NCBI RefSeq assembly: GCF_009914755.1
Contig: NC_060942.1
Strand: one strand, 5' to 3'
Length of the DNA stretch: 64,000 bases
Source of the DNA: the human T2T-CHM13v2.0 reference genome, Homo sapiens
Below are positions 44,501 through 61,105 of this stretch, in pieces; position 1 is the stretch's first letter; every line of letters begins with the position of its first letter. The notes beneath the pieces are model-generated. The model had not been told where the DNA came from and did not search any database. It worked only from the letters and a program-made list of their open reading frames with translations. The translations under genes and the position numbers were made by a program.

Positions 44501-46631
44501 TGTAGAATGGAAATATTTTCCTGAAAATAATAGGCACAGATTTTCTGCAAAACACTAACTTTCACTGATCTAATTAAAAGAGTATTGAAAGGATGAATTA
44601 ACCAGTTTATTAAACCCAGTACACATAAGCTAGTGATTTCATTCTTCATTGCCCTTCAAGATTCTTTGAGACTGAAAACTAAGAAGAAACAAATGAACCC
44701 ATGTGAATAGCAAGGTGCCTTTATATTCCTAAAGCTGCACAGGAATTGGCTTACACACAGAAGTTTACAGCATAACTAGATTGATATGATTCTTATTTTG
44801 TTTTGTTTTACTGTTTCCTGGACAATAACAATTATGATTTAAAACTTGGCCAAATCCTATAGAGGCCCCTCTGATACTGTTTCTTTCTGTGGGCATAACA
44901 CCTGGATGAGTCAGTTAACTTTCCACTTCTACCAAGTCTATAATCACTTGAATGCTATCCTTTGGCCGGCTACAGCCAATTGCAGCTGATCAACATTTTT
45001 CTAAGCACACTAAATTATGTGCATAAAAAATAATAGCCACCCATCTTTGTCCAAGTAGACTTTTCTTACTTAGCCTGTATATAATTCTCTATCAAATAGT
45101 CACTATGGAGATGTGTATATTAAATAGACATGTGTATCTATTTATGCCTGGATCCTTATGACAGTGACAGAAACAAAAGTGATGGTAACATTTTATTGGA
45201 ACGTGGTTCCCTTTGTCTCCAGGGAATCTTGTATGTTGTAAATAATATATACAATAAAATTATTAAAGAAAAAATTTTAAAACAGAAATAAATCAGGGCC
45301 CTCATCTGTGGAGCTCCCAGCACCTTGCAGAGGTGTTCCCTCTTCTTTGTCCTCATAACTTTGTTTTCCTCCAGTATTATTCTAAGATTTTTGTATATTT
45401 ATCTTACAGGGATCTATCTCCTTTATTGAATTAGGGGCATCTTAGAAATGAGTATTTATTTCTTTTTATAGCTCTCAGCACTTAGTAGCTGATTCATAAA
45501 TATTGCTTTAAGAATTCAACTGGCTTCTCAATGGAGGATGCAAAGAGGTAGGGACAGGTCTTCAGAATAACACCTTTTGGATGCAGTCAGGAGCTAGAGG
45601 GAAATTCAGAATTGCCTAAACGGATATGGTCTCTGGACAGGGAGTGACATGTCCAACTTTGTCTTCTCCAATTTTGTCTTAAGATAGTCCTATGGGCTGC
45701 TGATTCCTAAACTCTTGGATGTCACACAATTAGAAAAATTTCAAAATGGGTAACTTGGCCACGTAAAAAAAAGCAACAAATGTTTATTATCATCTCTTAT
45801 GAAAAATTCAAGAAATTTTGATACCCACCAAAGAGGAGACACATACTATAAGGATATGGGACAGCTTAAAAAAATGAATGCATTTAGCCTGAAGAACACT
45901 CCACATTGTATTTATTGTTCTGTTTTACTGGTGGATTTGTGAAAATGTCTTTACACAAAGCACCAGTGGCAGATTGGCATTTAGAAACCATTAGTGTGGC
46001 TCGATATTTGGGATGAGTGAGGAGGTACTGGTTTGAGTGCAGAGGGGTCTCCTCTGACAGGTGGACATGCATCTTCTTTCTGGCCATGGGGATAAATTCC
46101 AAAGAGGAGACCCTGTGAGGATGGGGATCATGTTCCTCTCATTCTTTATGGCATAAGAGAGAGATTCAGTGTGGCAGTTTTATTGCTGTTGTTAAAGGGG
46201 ATCACTTGGGCTTCATAATGGATGGGTCTGAGGACTCCCTCAATGTCCTCTAAAGTACTCTCTGACTTTATAATTTTGATATTAATTAGACAAGCTCCTG
46301 GAAATCTATTGCAGTGGTGACATTAGCCATTGCTCTGTCAGGAGTTGAAAATAAATAAAAAAGAGGCTCTGGTTTCTAAATTCCTCTTATCTAGAGGAAG
46401 CAGTGCATCATATTTGGAGACACTAATTTTGAGTCAAGTAGAAGTCTGAGAAATTATTGTCATTCATTTTTGGGGTCATTCGTTTCTCCCCAAATGCCTT
46501 AGCTAGAAGTTTATAGACACTAGGGGGAGATCCTGACAAAAGAGGAAAGATGGTTAAGGAAAGGAGACTCCATGGTATAGCCGTGGAAAGGGCTCTCCAT
46601 AGACTATTCTTGATGTCTCTTTTCTTCTTCC

Positions 46632-47080
46632 TTGTCTTAGTTCGGTTTCCGTCAGAGCCAGAGCCTGATGTGAGGATTCAAGTGCAAATAGTTTAATGGG
46701 AGATACAAGAAGGACCTGCAGGGTGTGCAGGGGGAAGAAGTGAGACAGGGAAGGGAGGGCAGCCAGTAAAAGGTACACTGTTAAGCCAGCTACCACACTT
46801 GCACACTGGACTTTGATCTTATGGGGGAATGCTGGAAAGTGTTTCAGAATTATCCAGGTCAAGGGATGAGAGATGAAGTATAGCTCCAAGCTAGTTATTA
46901 CTGGTTAAGAGCTGTCCCTGGGGGATGCTAATTCCCAGATAATTCTGGTCTATATTGCTGCATGCAAATGGGTTTTGGCAGCCCTGGGCTATGCTCTGCC
47001 AGCTGTGAAAGTGCTGGCTATTGGAAGTTAGGACAACATGCCTCTAGAAGTTAAGGAATCCAAGAGACGTGGCTGGGCCT
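46632..47080 (-). mobile_element. Old ERVL LTR (LTR33/LTR16-like)
   Basis: 'tgtcttagttcggtttcc..gaggattcaagtgcaaatagttta','gaagtgagacagggaagggagggcagcca'. Confidence 0.6.
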
Positions 47081-47139
47081 CCTCCCATGGATTGGATACA
47101 CTCTCATATTTTACTCTACAATTAAAATGATAAAAGATA

Positions 47140-48410
47140 ATGTGCGATATCTCTATACAAAAGAATGAAGTTGGACTTTTACCTAAGAAGATTTACAAAA
47201 AGTAATTCAAAATGAATCAAAGACCAAAAGGTAAGCCCTGAAACTGTAAAACTCTTAGAAAAAAACATTGGGCAAAAGCTTCATGGCACTGAATTTGGCA
47301 GTGGTTTCTTGGATATGATATAAAAGGCAGAGGCAACAACAACAACAAAACAGACAAATGTGACTTTATAAAACCTTTAAAAAATTCTGTGCATCAAAAG
47401 ATACTATCAGCAGAGTTAAAATACTAGCTACAGAATGGGAGAAAATATCAGCAAGTTATGTTTCTGATAAGGGATTAATATCCAGAAGAGATGAGAACTC
47501 CTGAAAGTAATCAACAACAAGGAAAACCACAGCCCAATTCCAAAATGAGCAAAGGACTGGAATGGACAATTATCCAAAGAAGATACAAAATTGGCCAATA
47601 AGCACATGAAAAAATGCTCAATATTACTAAACATAAAAGGAAAATGTGAATCAAAAGCACTACATGATACCACTTCATACCCATTAGAATGTCTTCTATC
47701 AGAAAATAAGAAAAACAACAAGTATTAGCGAGGATATGGGCAGAGCCCCCAACAGGTGGCAATGTAAAATGGCACAGACACTGTAAAATACAGTATGGAA
47801 GTTTTTTTTAAAAAAAAATTAAAAACAGAATTATATGATCCAGTGATTCACTTCCAGTAGTATACCCAAAAGAATTGAAGGTAGAATATTGAGAGCAGGG
47901 TATGGAAAACATATGTGTACACCCATGTATATAACAGCACTATCCATGATAGCTAAAACATGGAAGCAACCCAAGTTCCATCAACAGATGCATGGATAAG
48001 CAAAATATGGTGTATACATACAGTAGACTATGATCCAGCATTAGGAGGGAAATTCTTACATATACCACAACATGGATGAACCTAGAGAGCATAATGCTAA
48101 GTGAAACAAGTCAGTCACACAAAAAAAATCCACAAATACTGTATAATTCAATTTATATGAGATACTTAGAGTAGTCAAACTAATAGAGACATTAAGTAGA
48201 ATGGTTGTTGCCAGAGACTGAGGGGAGGAGGGAATAGAGAGTTATTGTTCATGGGTACAGAGTTTCAGTTTTATAAGATGAAAGAGTTGTGGAGATGGAT
48301 GGTGGATATGGCTGTACCACATTATAAATGTATTTAATACAACTGAATGGTATATTTAAAATTGGCAAAGAGGGTAAATCTTACATGTATTTTAACACAA
48401 TAACATAAAA
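47140..48410 (+). mobile_element. L1MB-like 3' fragment
   Basis: Degenerate ORF2 C-terminus and 3'UTR 'gggtacagagtttcagtttt..agatgaaagagttgtggagatggatggtgg'. Confidence 0.8.
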
Positions 48411-49213
48411 TTGTGATAAAAAGAGATAATGCACTAAGAGAGAAAAAAGTCAGATGCAGAGGATCTCCAGGTGCGAATGAGTCATGCACAGATTAAAGAC
48501 CGTGACCTTTGTTAATGCAGACAAATGAGGAACAAAGATGAACAAGACACAAACAAAAAGTACCCTTGTTAATTATTTACATTTCCACTTGTTGCATTTA
48601 TTTTTCTCTAAGGATTTAGTGTTTCTGTAAAATATTTTGCAATATTTCTTTTAATGGTGTAAGGTAAGCTAAATGTCAAGTTCGAGAGTTTTTATCCTTG
48701 CTTTCTACGTATTGCTGCCATAATCACTTCTCCTAAGTTAGCTGTATGTAAATCCTCATTTCTGAAAATGATGCTCACTTGCACAGAAATATCAAACATA
48801 AAATATTTTTTATAGTAGATAACACATAAAATGCAATGAACTGACTATAAACATTCAACCATCTCTATATCCCACAGATATTTATTCAGCACCAACTGCA
48901 TGCCAGACAATGTGTTAGGCATTAGGAATGAGGAGCAGTAAAGATGTTGTTAAGAACTCATCTGATAATCATCTGGAATCTAGTTCTGGTGTAGTGAAAG
49001 AATGAGAAATAAAACTGTAGATTCTGTGTGTTAATGTTGCATGAAAGAGCAGCTCCTGGATCTGAGGAGGGTGATGACAACAGTCTCCATTTTCTGTAGG
49101 ATTCTCCCCCACAGGAAATATGCTGAGTTAAAAAGCAAAATTTCTTCTAGCCCATCCACTGATTGTGCACTGGTCTGTACCGGACACCAGAAGAATAGAA
49201 AGGAAGGAAATAC

Positions 49214-49602
49214 TGATTGATTTGCATTGATTTGTGCCCCTTCAAGTTGATATATTGGAGCTATAACCCCCAAGGTGATGGTATTTGGAGATGAGGCCTT
49301 TAGAAGCTAATTAAGTTTCAATGAGGTTATGAGGGTGGGGCCCTCATGATGGGATTAGCATCCTTATTAGGAGAGAAAGTGACTAGAGCTTACTTTCTCT
49401 CTCTCTGTGCCATGAGGGGGCACAGTGAGAAGGCTGCCATTTGCAAACTAGGAAGAGGATCCTCAGTTCTCATAGAAACCAAGTCCAAGTCCACCAGTGC
49501 CTTGATCTTAGAGTTGCCAGCCTCCAGAGCTATGAGAAACAGTGTCTATTCCTTAAGCCACACAGTCTCTGATATTTTGTTACCGCAACTGAAGTTAAGA
49601 TA
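49214..49602 (+). mobile_element. MST/MLT1A-like MaLR LTR
   Basis: 'gtgatggtatttggagatgaggcctt','gagggtggggccctcatgatgggattag','ccagcctccagagctatgagaaa'. Confidence 0.75.
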
Positions 49603-49845
49603 TATTTTTACAGGGAGGAGCCAAGATGGCCGAATAGGAACAGCTCCGGTCTACAGCTCCCAGCATGAGCGACGCAGAAGACGGGTGATTTCTGCATTTC
49701 CATCTGAGGTACCCGGTTCATCTCAGTAGGGAGTGCCAGACAGTGGGCGCAGGCCAGTGGGTGCGCGCACCCTGCGCGAGCCGAAGCAGGGCGAGGCATT
49801 GCCTCACCTGGGAAGCGCAAGGGGTCAGGGAGTTCCCTTTCCGAG

Positions 49846-50061
49846 TCAAAGAAAGGGGTGACGGACGCACCTGGAAAATCGAGTCACTCCCACCTGAATA
49901 TTGCGCTTTTCAGACCGGCTTAAAAAACGGTGCACCACGAGACTATATCCCACACCTGGCTCGGAGGGTCCTACGCCCATGGAGTCTCGCTGATTGCTAG
50001 CACAGCAGTCTGAGATCAAACTGCAAGGCGGCAGCGAGGCTGGGGGAGGGGCGCCCGCCAT
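49846..50061 (-). CDS. L1 ORF0 (antisense 5'UTR ORF, 71 aa), open
   Basis: MAGAPPPASLPPCSLISDCCASNQRDSMGVGPSEPGVGYSLVVHRFLSRSEKRNIQVGVTRFSRCVRHPFL*, ATG at 50061; expression unknown. Confidence 0.7.
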   Translation of the reverse strand: MAGAPPPASLPPCSLISDCCASNQRDSMGVGPSEPGVGYSLVVHRFLSRSEKRNIQVGVTRFSRCVRHPFL

Positions 50062-50517
50062 TGCCCAGGCTTGCTTAGGTAAACAAAGCAGCTGGGGAAG
50101 CTCGAACTGGGTGGAGCCCACCACAGCTCAAGGAGACCTGCCTGCCTCTGTAGGCTCCACCTCTGGGGGCAGGGCACAGACAAACAAAAAGACACCAGTA
50201 ACCTCTGCAGACTTAAATGTCCCTGTCTGACAGCTTTGAAGAGAGCAGTGGTTCTCCCAGCACGCAGCTGGAGATCTGAGAACGGGCAGACTGCCTCCTC
50301 AAGTGGGTCCCTGACCCCTGACCCCCGAGCAGCCTAACTGGGAGGCACCCCCCAGCAGGGGCACACTGACACCTCACACGGCAGGGTATTCCAACAGACC
50401 TGCAGCTGAGGGTCCTGTCTGTTAGAAGGAAAACTAACAAACAGAAAGGACATCCACACCGAAAACCCATCTGTACATCACCATCATCAAAGACCAAAAG
50501 TAGATAAAACCACAAAG

Positions 50518-51537
50518 ATGGGGAAAAAACAGAACAGAAAAACTGGAAACTCTAAAACGCAGAGCGCCTCTCCTCCTCCAAAGGAACGCAGTTCCTCACC
50601 AGCAACGGAACAAAGCTGGATGGAGAATGATTTTGACGAGCTGAGAGAAGAAGTCTTCAGACGATCAAATTACTCTGAGCTACGGGAGGACATTCAAACC
50701 AAAGGCAAAGAAGTTGAAAACTTTGAAAAAAATTTAGAAGAATGTATAACTAGAATAACCAATACAGAGAAGTGCTTAAAGGAGCTGATGGAGCTGAAAA
50801 CCAAGGCTTGAGAAATACGTGAAGAATGCAGAAGCCTCAGGAGCCGATGCGATCAACTGGAAGAAAGGGTATCAGCAATGGAAGATGAAATGAATGAAAT
50901 GAAGCGAGAAGGGAAGTTTAGAGAAAAAAGAATAAAAAGAAATGAGCAAAGCCTCCAAGAAATATGGGACTATGTGAAAAGACCAAATCTACGTCTGATT
51001 GGTGTACCTGAAAGTGATGCGGAGAATGGAACCAAGTTGGAAAACACTCTGCAGGATATTATCCAGGAGAACTTCCCCAATCTAGCAAGGCAGGCCAACG
51101 TTCAGATTCAGGAAATACAGAGAATGCCACAAAGATACTCCTCGAGAAGAGCAACTCCAAGACACATAATTGTCAGATTCACCAAAGTTGAAATGAAGGA
51201 AAAAATGTTAAGGGCAGCCAGAGAGAAAGGTCGGGTTACCCTCAAAGGGAAGCCCATCAGACTAACAGCGGTTCTCTTGGCAGAAACCCTACAAGCCAGA
51301 AGAGAGTGGGGGCCAATATTCAACATTCTTAAAGAAAAGAATTTTCAACCCAGAATTTCATATCCAGCCAAACTAAGCTTCATAAGTGAAGGAGAAATAA
51401 AATACTTTACAGACAAGCAAATGCTGAGAGATTTTGTCACCACCAGCCCTGCCCTAAAGGAAGCCCTCCTGAAGGAAGCGCTAAACATGGAAAGGAACAA
51501 CCGGTACCAGCCGCTGCAAAATCATGCCAAAATGTAA
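50518..51537 (+). pseudogene. L1 ORF1 with one premature TGA (50809)
   Basis: MGKKQNRKTGNSK...QPLQNHAKM*, in frame apart from a likely CGA>TGA change. Confidence 0.93.
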
Positions 51538-51576
51538 AGACCATCGAGACTAGGAAGAAACTGCATCAACTAATGA

Positions 51577-55430
<3,854 letters not shown>

Positions 55431-55994
55431 ACAATGAGATCACATGGACACAGGAAGGGGAATATCACACTCTGGGGACTGTGGTGGGGTGAGGGGAGGG
55501 GGGAGGGATAGCATTGGGAGATATACCTAATGCTAGATGACGAGTTAGTGGGTGCAGCGCACCAGCGTGGCACATGTATATATATGTAACTAACCTGCAC
55601 ATTGTGCACATGTACCCTAAAACTTAAAGTATAAAAAAAAAAAAAAGTTAAAAAAAAAAAGATATATTTTTACATAAAATATCATATGTCTGTGAGTAGA
55701 TATCATGTCCATTTTATGAACAAGGAAATGAAGCCCAGGAAAGTTAAATAATAACCCATGGTCAAAGTGCATGTTCCAAATCTAAGAGTCAAATACAGGT
55801 GGTCATCCAGTGCTAAGCCTATCGCTCTGTTCACCATGACATGAATCTGATTGCTTTGACTGGTGAATGTTATGATTTTATTTCGGAATCTTCATTAATT
55901 AGACATGCAACCTCAAGTGAGTAGTTTTTAACCTCTCAGTCAGTTCACCAATTTATAAATGGAAATAATAGTACTTTAACTTATATTTCATATA

Positions 55995-56995
55995 TGTGAA
56001 GGGAATTTTTTTCCTTCCTACATTCTTTCCCTTAAGGTCTAATACAAGCTCTCTGCCCTCCCTCTAGTTTCCTAAAAACAGGACATACGTTGACAAATAC
56101 AAAAGGTATCCTGCCCGCTTCTCTACCAGGAAGAACAAATGTTAACTACTGAAGACATCTTTGAATGCTTAGCAGCCTAAAGATTGTACCAGAGAAGTAG
56201 TGCAAGAGGGCATCCTTGTCTTGTGCCAGTTTTCAAGGAGAATGCTTCCAGCTTTTGCCCATTCAGTATGATATTGTCTATGGGTTTGTCATAAATGGCT
56301 CTTATTATTTTGAGATATGTTCCATCAATACCTAGTTTACTGGGAGTTTTTTTTTTTACGTTGAATTTTATCAAAGGCCTTTTCTGCATCTATTGAGATA
56401 ATCATGTGGTTTTTGTCATTAGTTCTGTTTGTGTGATAAACTATATTTATTGATTTGCAAATGTTGAACCAGCCTTGCATCCCAGGGATGAAGCTGACTT
56501 GACCATAGTGGATAAGCTTTTTGATGTGCTGCTGGATTTGGTTTGCCAGTATTTTATTGAGGATTTTTGCACTGATGTTCATCAGGGATGATGGCCTGAA
56601 GTTTTCTTTTTTTGTTGTATCTCTGTCAGGTTTTGGTATCGGGAGGATGCTGGTCTCATAAAATGATTTAGAGAGGAGTTCCTGTTTTTCAACTAGCCTT
56701 TAACTGTCAGTTGTTTGCCTTCCCTCAAGCTGCCATCCCTGGAGACTCAAAATCCTTTTCTTTTGTCTGGTCACTTCTCTAAAAATTTACTGTTCTTTGT
56801 TGAAGATGTGTATAAGCTGAAATTCAAAGTCACCTCTTGGAGAACTACCCATTTCCTGGGTGTTTTCCATGTACATAGGAAATATACATATTCGTAAACT
56901 TCTGTTTGTTCTTCTCTTGTTAATCTGTCTCATTCCAGGGGTCCACTTTGACTAAAAGCCTATTGTTGAAAAAAATTATTATTTTTCCCCTTAGT
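55995..56995 (+). mobile_element. MER34-family-like ERV1 LTR pieces flanking an L1 fragment
   Basis: 3' part 'tataagctgaaattcaaagtcacctc','aaacttctgtttgttcttctcttgttaatctgtct','ttatttttcccctt'; 5' piece less certain. Confidence 0.5.
56198..56693 (-). mobile_element. Internal L1P ORF2 (RT) fragment, no tail, no evident TSD
   Basis: [21 protein letters not shown]...[10 protein letters not shown]; both ends internal to ORF2. Confidence 0.85.
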
Positions 56996-57160
56996 AGCCA
57001 TTTGTGTCTGGCTTATTTAACTCATGGTAATGCATATAAAATTTATCCATGTTGTTGCCTGTGTCACTAGTAGTTCCTTTATATTGCTCAGTAGTATTCC
57101 ATTGTTTGGATGTGCTGCAGTTTGCTCATTTAGGGTGTGCTTTAAAAAAATGAAATAATA

Positions 57161-57540
57161 TCTAACTATATATTTATGGTCATTAACCATTTCCACTTCC
57201 TATTCCTGCCCCACTACTATTACCAGTCTCTGGTAGCCGTCATTCTACTTTCTATCTCTATGAGTTCAATCGTTTTAATTTTTAGCTCCTGCAAATAAGT
57301 GAGAACATAATAACTAGTATTTGGTAGCACAATAGGGTAGCTACAGTCAGCAATAATTTGTTGTACATTTTAGAATAACTGAGGGAGTACAATTGGAATG
57401 TTCATAACTCAAAGAAATGAGTGCTTGAGGTGATGGATACCTCACTTACTCTGATGTGATTACACACTCTATACATGTACCAGAAGAGCTCATCTACCCC
57501 ATAAATATATATACCTACTATGTACCTACAAAATTAAAAA
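57161..57540 (+). mobile_element. 5'-inverted L1MA (L1MA1-3-like) 3' end
   Basis: 57161-57309 antisense, 57310-57540 sense to poly(A); degenerate TSD AAAAA(A/C)TGAAAT(A/G)ATA. Confidence 0.8.
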
Positions 57541-58164
57541 AAAAACTGAAATGATATACGTCAAAGCTTTGGAACTATTAAGTCTATACAAACTAAGATG
57601 CATAGCTTGTTTATCTGCTTGGTTTTGTGGGAGTACTCCAGTAAATACAGACTTTTTATGAAAAGCTTTGTCTTTCCCTAAAAAGACTTGTTCTATTGGA
57701 CACTTAGGAAAAGAAAAGACTAAATCATAGGACAATGTTAGACTAAAGTTTGACCTTAAGCTTTCAAGGCAACAGTCCTGAGGGGGCTGGATTTTGTGGA
57801 CAGTTGTGTCATTCTTGGCTCCCAAGTGTCTCAGATCTCCATGCTGTCCAACTGGCCCATGTGTTTTCATTGGCTCCATCCTCACCCTCTGCCTAGGTCA
57901 TGGGGAGTATGATGCAAGGTCTCTCGTCTTTTAGTCGCTTGCCTCTGGTGATCACTCATAGCTCTGCTCCTCAAACCTGGCCTCCCATTTTGTCTGACAG
58001 CCATCAGAGACACTTAGCTTTGGAATCAATGTTACTTTGCTCTCAGCTCCATGGGTTGGATGTTCCAGCTTCCAGGTTTTATAAAATCTTTATTTCCATG
58101 CTCACTGCTATGGGTTAGCTCTACCCACTTTTCTTACTGGGCTAGAACAAGATGCCACCAGCAC

Positions 58165-59270
58165 TTATCTGTTAAACAAATATTCATTAATAAAGACTAC
58201 GTGCTAGGTACTATACTAGGTTCTGAAAACAGAACAGTGAGACAGTACAGACATGGTTTGTGTCTGCATTAAGTTTATAACCTGAAGTGGGGGTATTTGT
58301 GAGGGGATATGGAGAAGGAAGCAGGCAAGTGACAATGCAGTATGATAAGGGCTATATGAGAAGTTAACATGCAATAAAAACACACAAGACACATCTCTTT
58401 TGGTCTTAAAGAGATGGTAAGGGAAGGCTTTCTAAGTGGAAGCAACATGGAAGCAGAAACCTAAAAGAAAGGTCACATGAACAGAGTTTTACCAACTTAG
58501 AAGGGATGGAAAGAGGGGAAAATAATCTATGAAATGTAATAGTCAACTAAGGGCCCAGAATTGGGAGCAAAGATGGCGAGCTCTGGAACTGACTGGATGG
58601 GAGATGAAACTAGAGAGGAAAGCAGGGCACAAATTACCACACGTCTTGTGAGTTGTCCTCATCTGTTGGGCCACAGTAAAAAAATACCTTTAGACTGGGC
58701 TATTTATAAACAACAGAAATTTATTGCTCACAGTTGGAAGACTAGAAAGTTCAAGGTAAAGGTGCCAGTGGATTTGGTGTCTGGTGAGGGCTTGTTCTCT
58801 GCTTCATGGATCGCACCTTCTAGCTGTGTCCTCCCATGGTAGAAGGGACAAGGCAGTTCCCTTCAGCCTCTTTTATAAGGGCACTATTCTCATTCACAAG
58901 GGACTAAATCACTTCCCCAAAGGCTCCACCTTAATACTACCACATTAGGTATTAGGTTCCAACCTGTAAATTTTGGTGGAACACAAATGCTCAAGCCACA
59001 GCAATAATGTTAATTACTTTGTCCTCTGTCCTGAGATTACTGGAACCTATTGAAATTATTTTGGGGAGATAGTGGAGGAGCAGCATCATGAATAGGTTTA
59101 CATTTTTGGAAGATCATTCTGGCTACGTGGGATGGAGTAAGAATAGAGTGGAAACAGAAGACTTTTTTTGCTTGTAGGTTGTTTTGTTTTCCAAGCAGAT
59201 GATGTCAGCCTGGAATAGAGCAATAACAGCGAGAATAGAGAGCAATGCTAGAATTCAATATATATATTTA
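58165..59270 (-). mobile_element. L2 fragments interrupted by a MaLR LTR
   Basis: 'aacaaatattcatt..actacgtgctaggtactatactagg','agggaaggcttt','ttttggaagatcattctggct'. Confidence 0.55.
58655..59003 (-). mobile_element. MST/MLT1A-like MaLR LTR
   Basis: 'aacaacagaaatttattgctcacagtt','ggtgtctggtgagggc','tcttttataagggcact', ends 'ccacagca'. Confidence 0.75.
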
Positions 59271-60539
59271 GAAGAGAGAGAAATATAATCTATAAATTTG
59301 CTTATTGGTTACAGTAATGAACTGATGCTTGGCAAATATTTTTAGTGCCTCCACATTCTTCACAAACTTCAATCTCCATGTCTCAGAGAAGGTAACAATT
59401 GAGATAACTTATCATTTATTATTATTTATTATTATCAGTGCATTTTAGGAAATATTAGTACAAGTATTCAAATGTAAAGTTCCATTAAAAAAGCATTTCT
59501 TGTTCAATGCAACTATTGTCCTGTCCACAAAGAAACTGATTCCCACACATACATTTTGTTTCAGTGAGAGATTTTGGAAGTTGAAGAGAGAGAGAACTCT
59601 TGTAAAGTTTTGGCATAATTATAGTGGCCCTAGGACTAGGGGAGAACTTGCTCATTTTTCCTTATATATTTGCTCTGGACTTTGTGTTATTTTCTTATCA
59701 GAGTCTGTAAACTACTAATAAGGGACACTTGTGTCTTTGAAAAAGGCCATACATTAGAAGTGTTAAGGCAGGGCTTAAGAACCTGGATATTTATCTGTTT
59801 TAAAAGTCTTTTATAGACAACAGTGTTTGAGGTCATCCATGACTGAAAACCAATTATACAATAATAGATTGATTAGGGTTAACAAATGCATGTCTCTGTA
59901 CATTTCACCATATGATTCTGTCATTAGAAAACAAACAATAAGTAAAAAGAGCAGAGGTTATTTTGTCCCTCTTCTATCTTTGGGATCAAAGGTGATTAAT
60001 AAATAAAAATATTTTCATAATTTTGAAAATTTCTTCTTTTTGAAAAAAAGAGCCCACTTTCCTCATATTAGGCTATAATCTGAGTAGAGATCAAGTGCCT
60101 GGTTGATAGTTCTGTGTTATCTTAACTGTGAATCTAGGAATTAGCACACAACTAGAATATAGTAGATATTTTGCAAATGAATAAAATGACACCTTCTTTC
60201 ATTTGTTCTATGATAATTTCTTCCAAATTTTATGGTATTTCTAGTTCTAGTATTCTATTCTTTCTCAAATCTATTGTATCATATAAGCCCAAGGTATGAC
60301 TATTATCTCTTTTTTTTGGTCTTTGATATTACCCCCTTTCAGTTTTACATTTTTCTCCAAACTAAAAAACTCAAACTGTGCTAGCATTATAGTTCCCTAT
60401 CCCCACTCTGGTTACATGTTTCTTGATGCAGTGTGATATGTAGCATCTTATTGGTACAGTAGATGGATAGATAATGGCTCTGATGGGAACATGCAAATAA
60501 AATTTCTATTTTGTTTTAACATCCCTTAAGGACATGCAG

Positions 60540-61105
60540 GGTGGCAGATTGTGTTACTGATTGAAATGTTTATCTGCCATTCCTGTAAATTATCTTGCAA
60601 CATCCATTCCTTCCTGATGGGAGGAGAATACTTCGTGACCACACTAACATTAAGCATGTTCCCGTGACTTGATTTGGCCAGTGGTTAGAATATGAGCAGA
60701 CAGGACAGGAGCCATGTTCAACCAGAACCCCTGAGAGCATCGCATGGTTTACCCACCAGTGTTTTCTCCTTTCCATGAGATGCGGATGGACGTTACTTTT
60801 TCAGCCCAGACTATAGATTTGCAATGTGGGTGATACTGCCCTCAGTGGCGTATAATTGATTCTTGGGTGGGGGAATTGGCAAAAAAATGAGAGTAGAGAT
60901 ATACATAAAGTACATAAACATATTTTAAAAAGAGTAGAAATGGGTTGAGAAACACTGGAGTCAATCGTCAGCATGTAGAAGAAACATGCAGCAGAGCCAC
61001 AGAATGAGTCAACCCACAGCTGACGTGCACTGTGACTAAGAAATAAACCCATGCTGTGTGATCCACTCAGGGTTTGAGGTTGTAACCGTGGTACAGCCTG
61101 ATGAT
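60540..61105 (+). mobile_element. MLT1H/I-like LTR fragments
   Basis: 'gtgacttgatttggccagtgg','aagaaataaaccc','gcctgatgatagctgact'; boundaries approximate. Confidence 0.45.

Noticed and set aside
55633-55660. 'gtt' interruption of the L1PA2 poly(A) as a transduction or extended TSD
   Set aside because: Only 3 nt; too short to distinguish from tail mutation, although it echoes the upstream 'aagttaa'.
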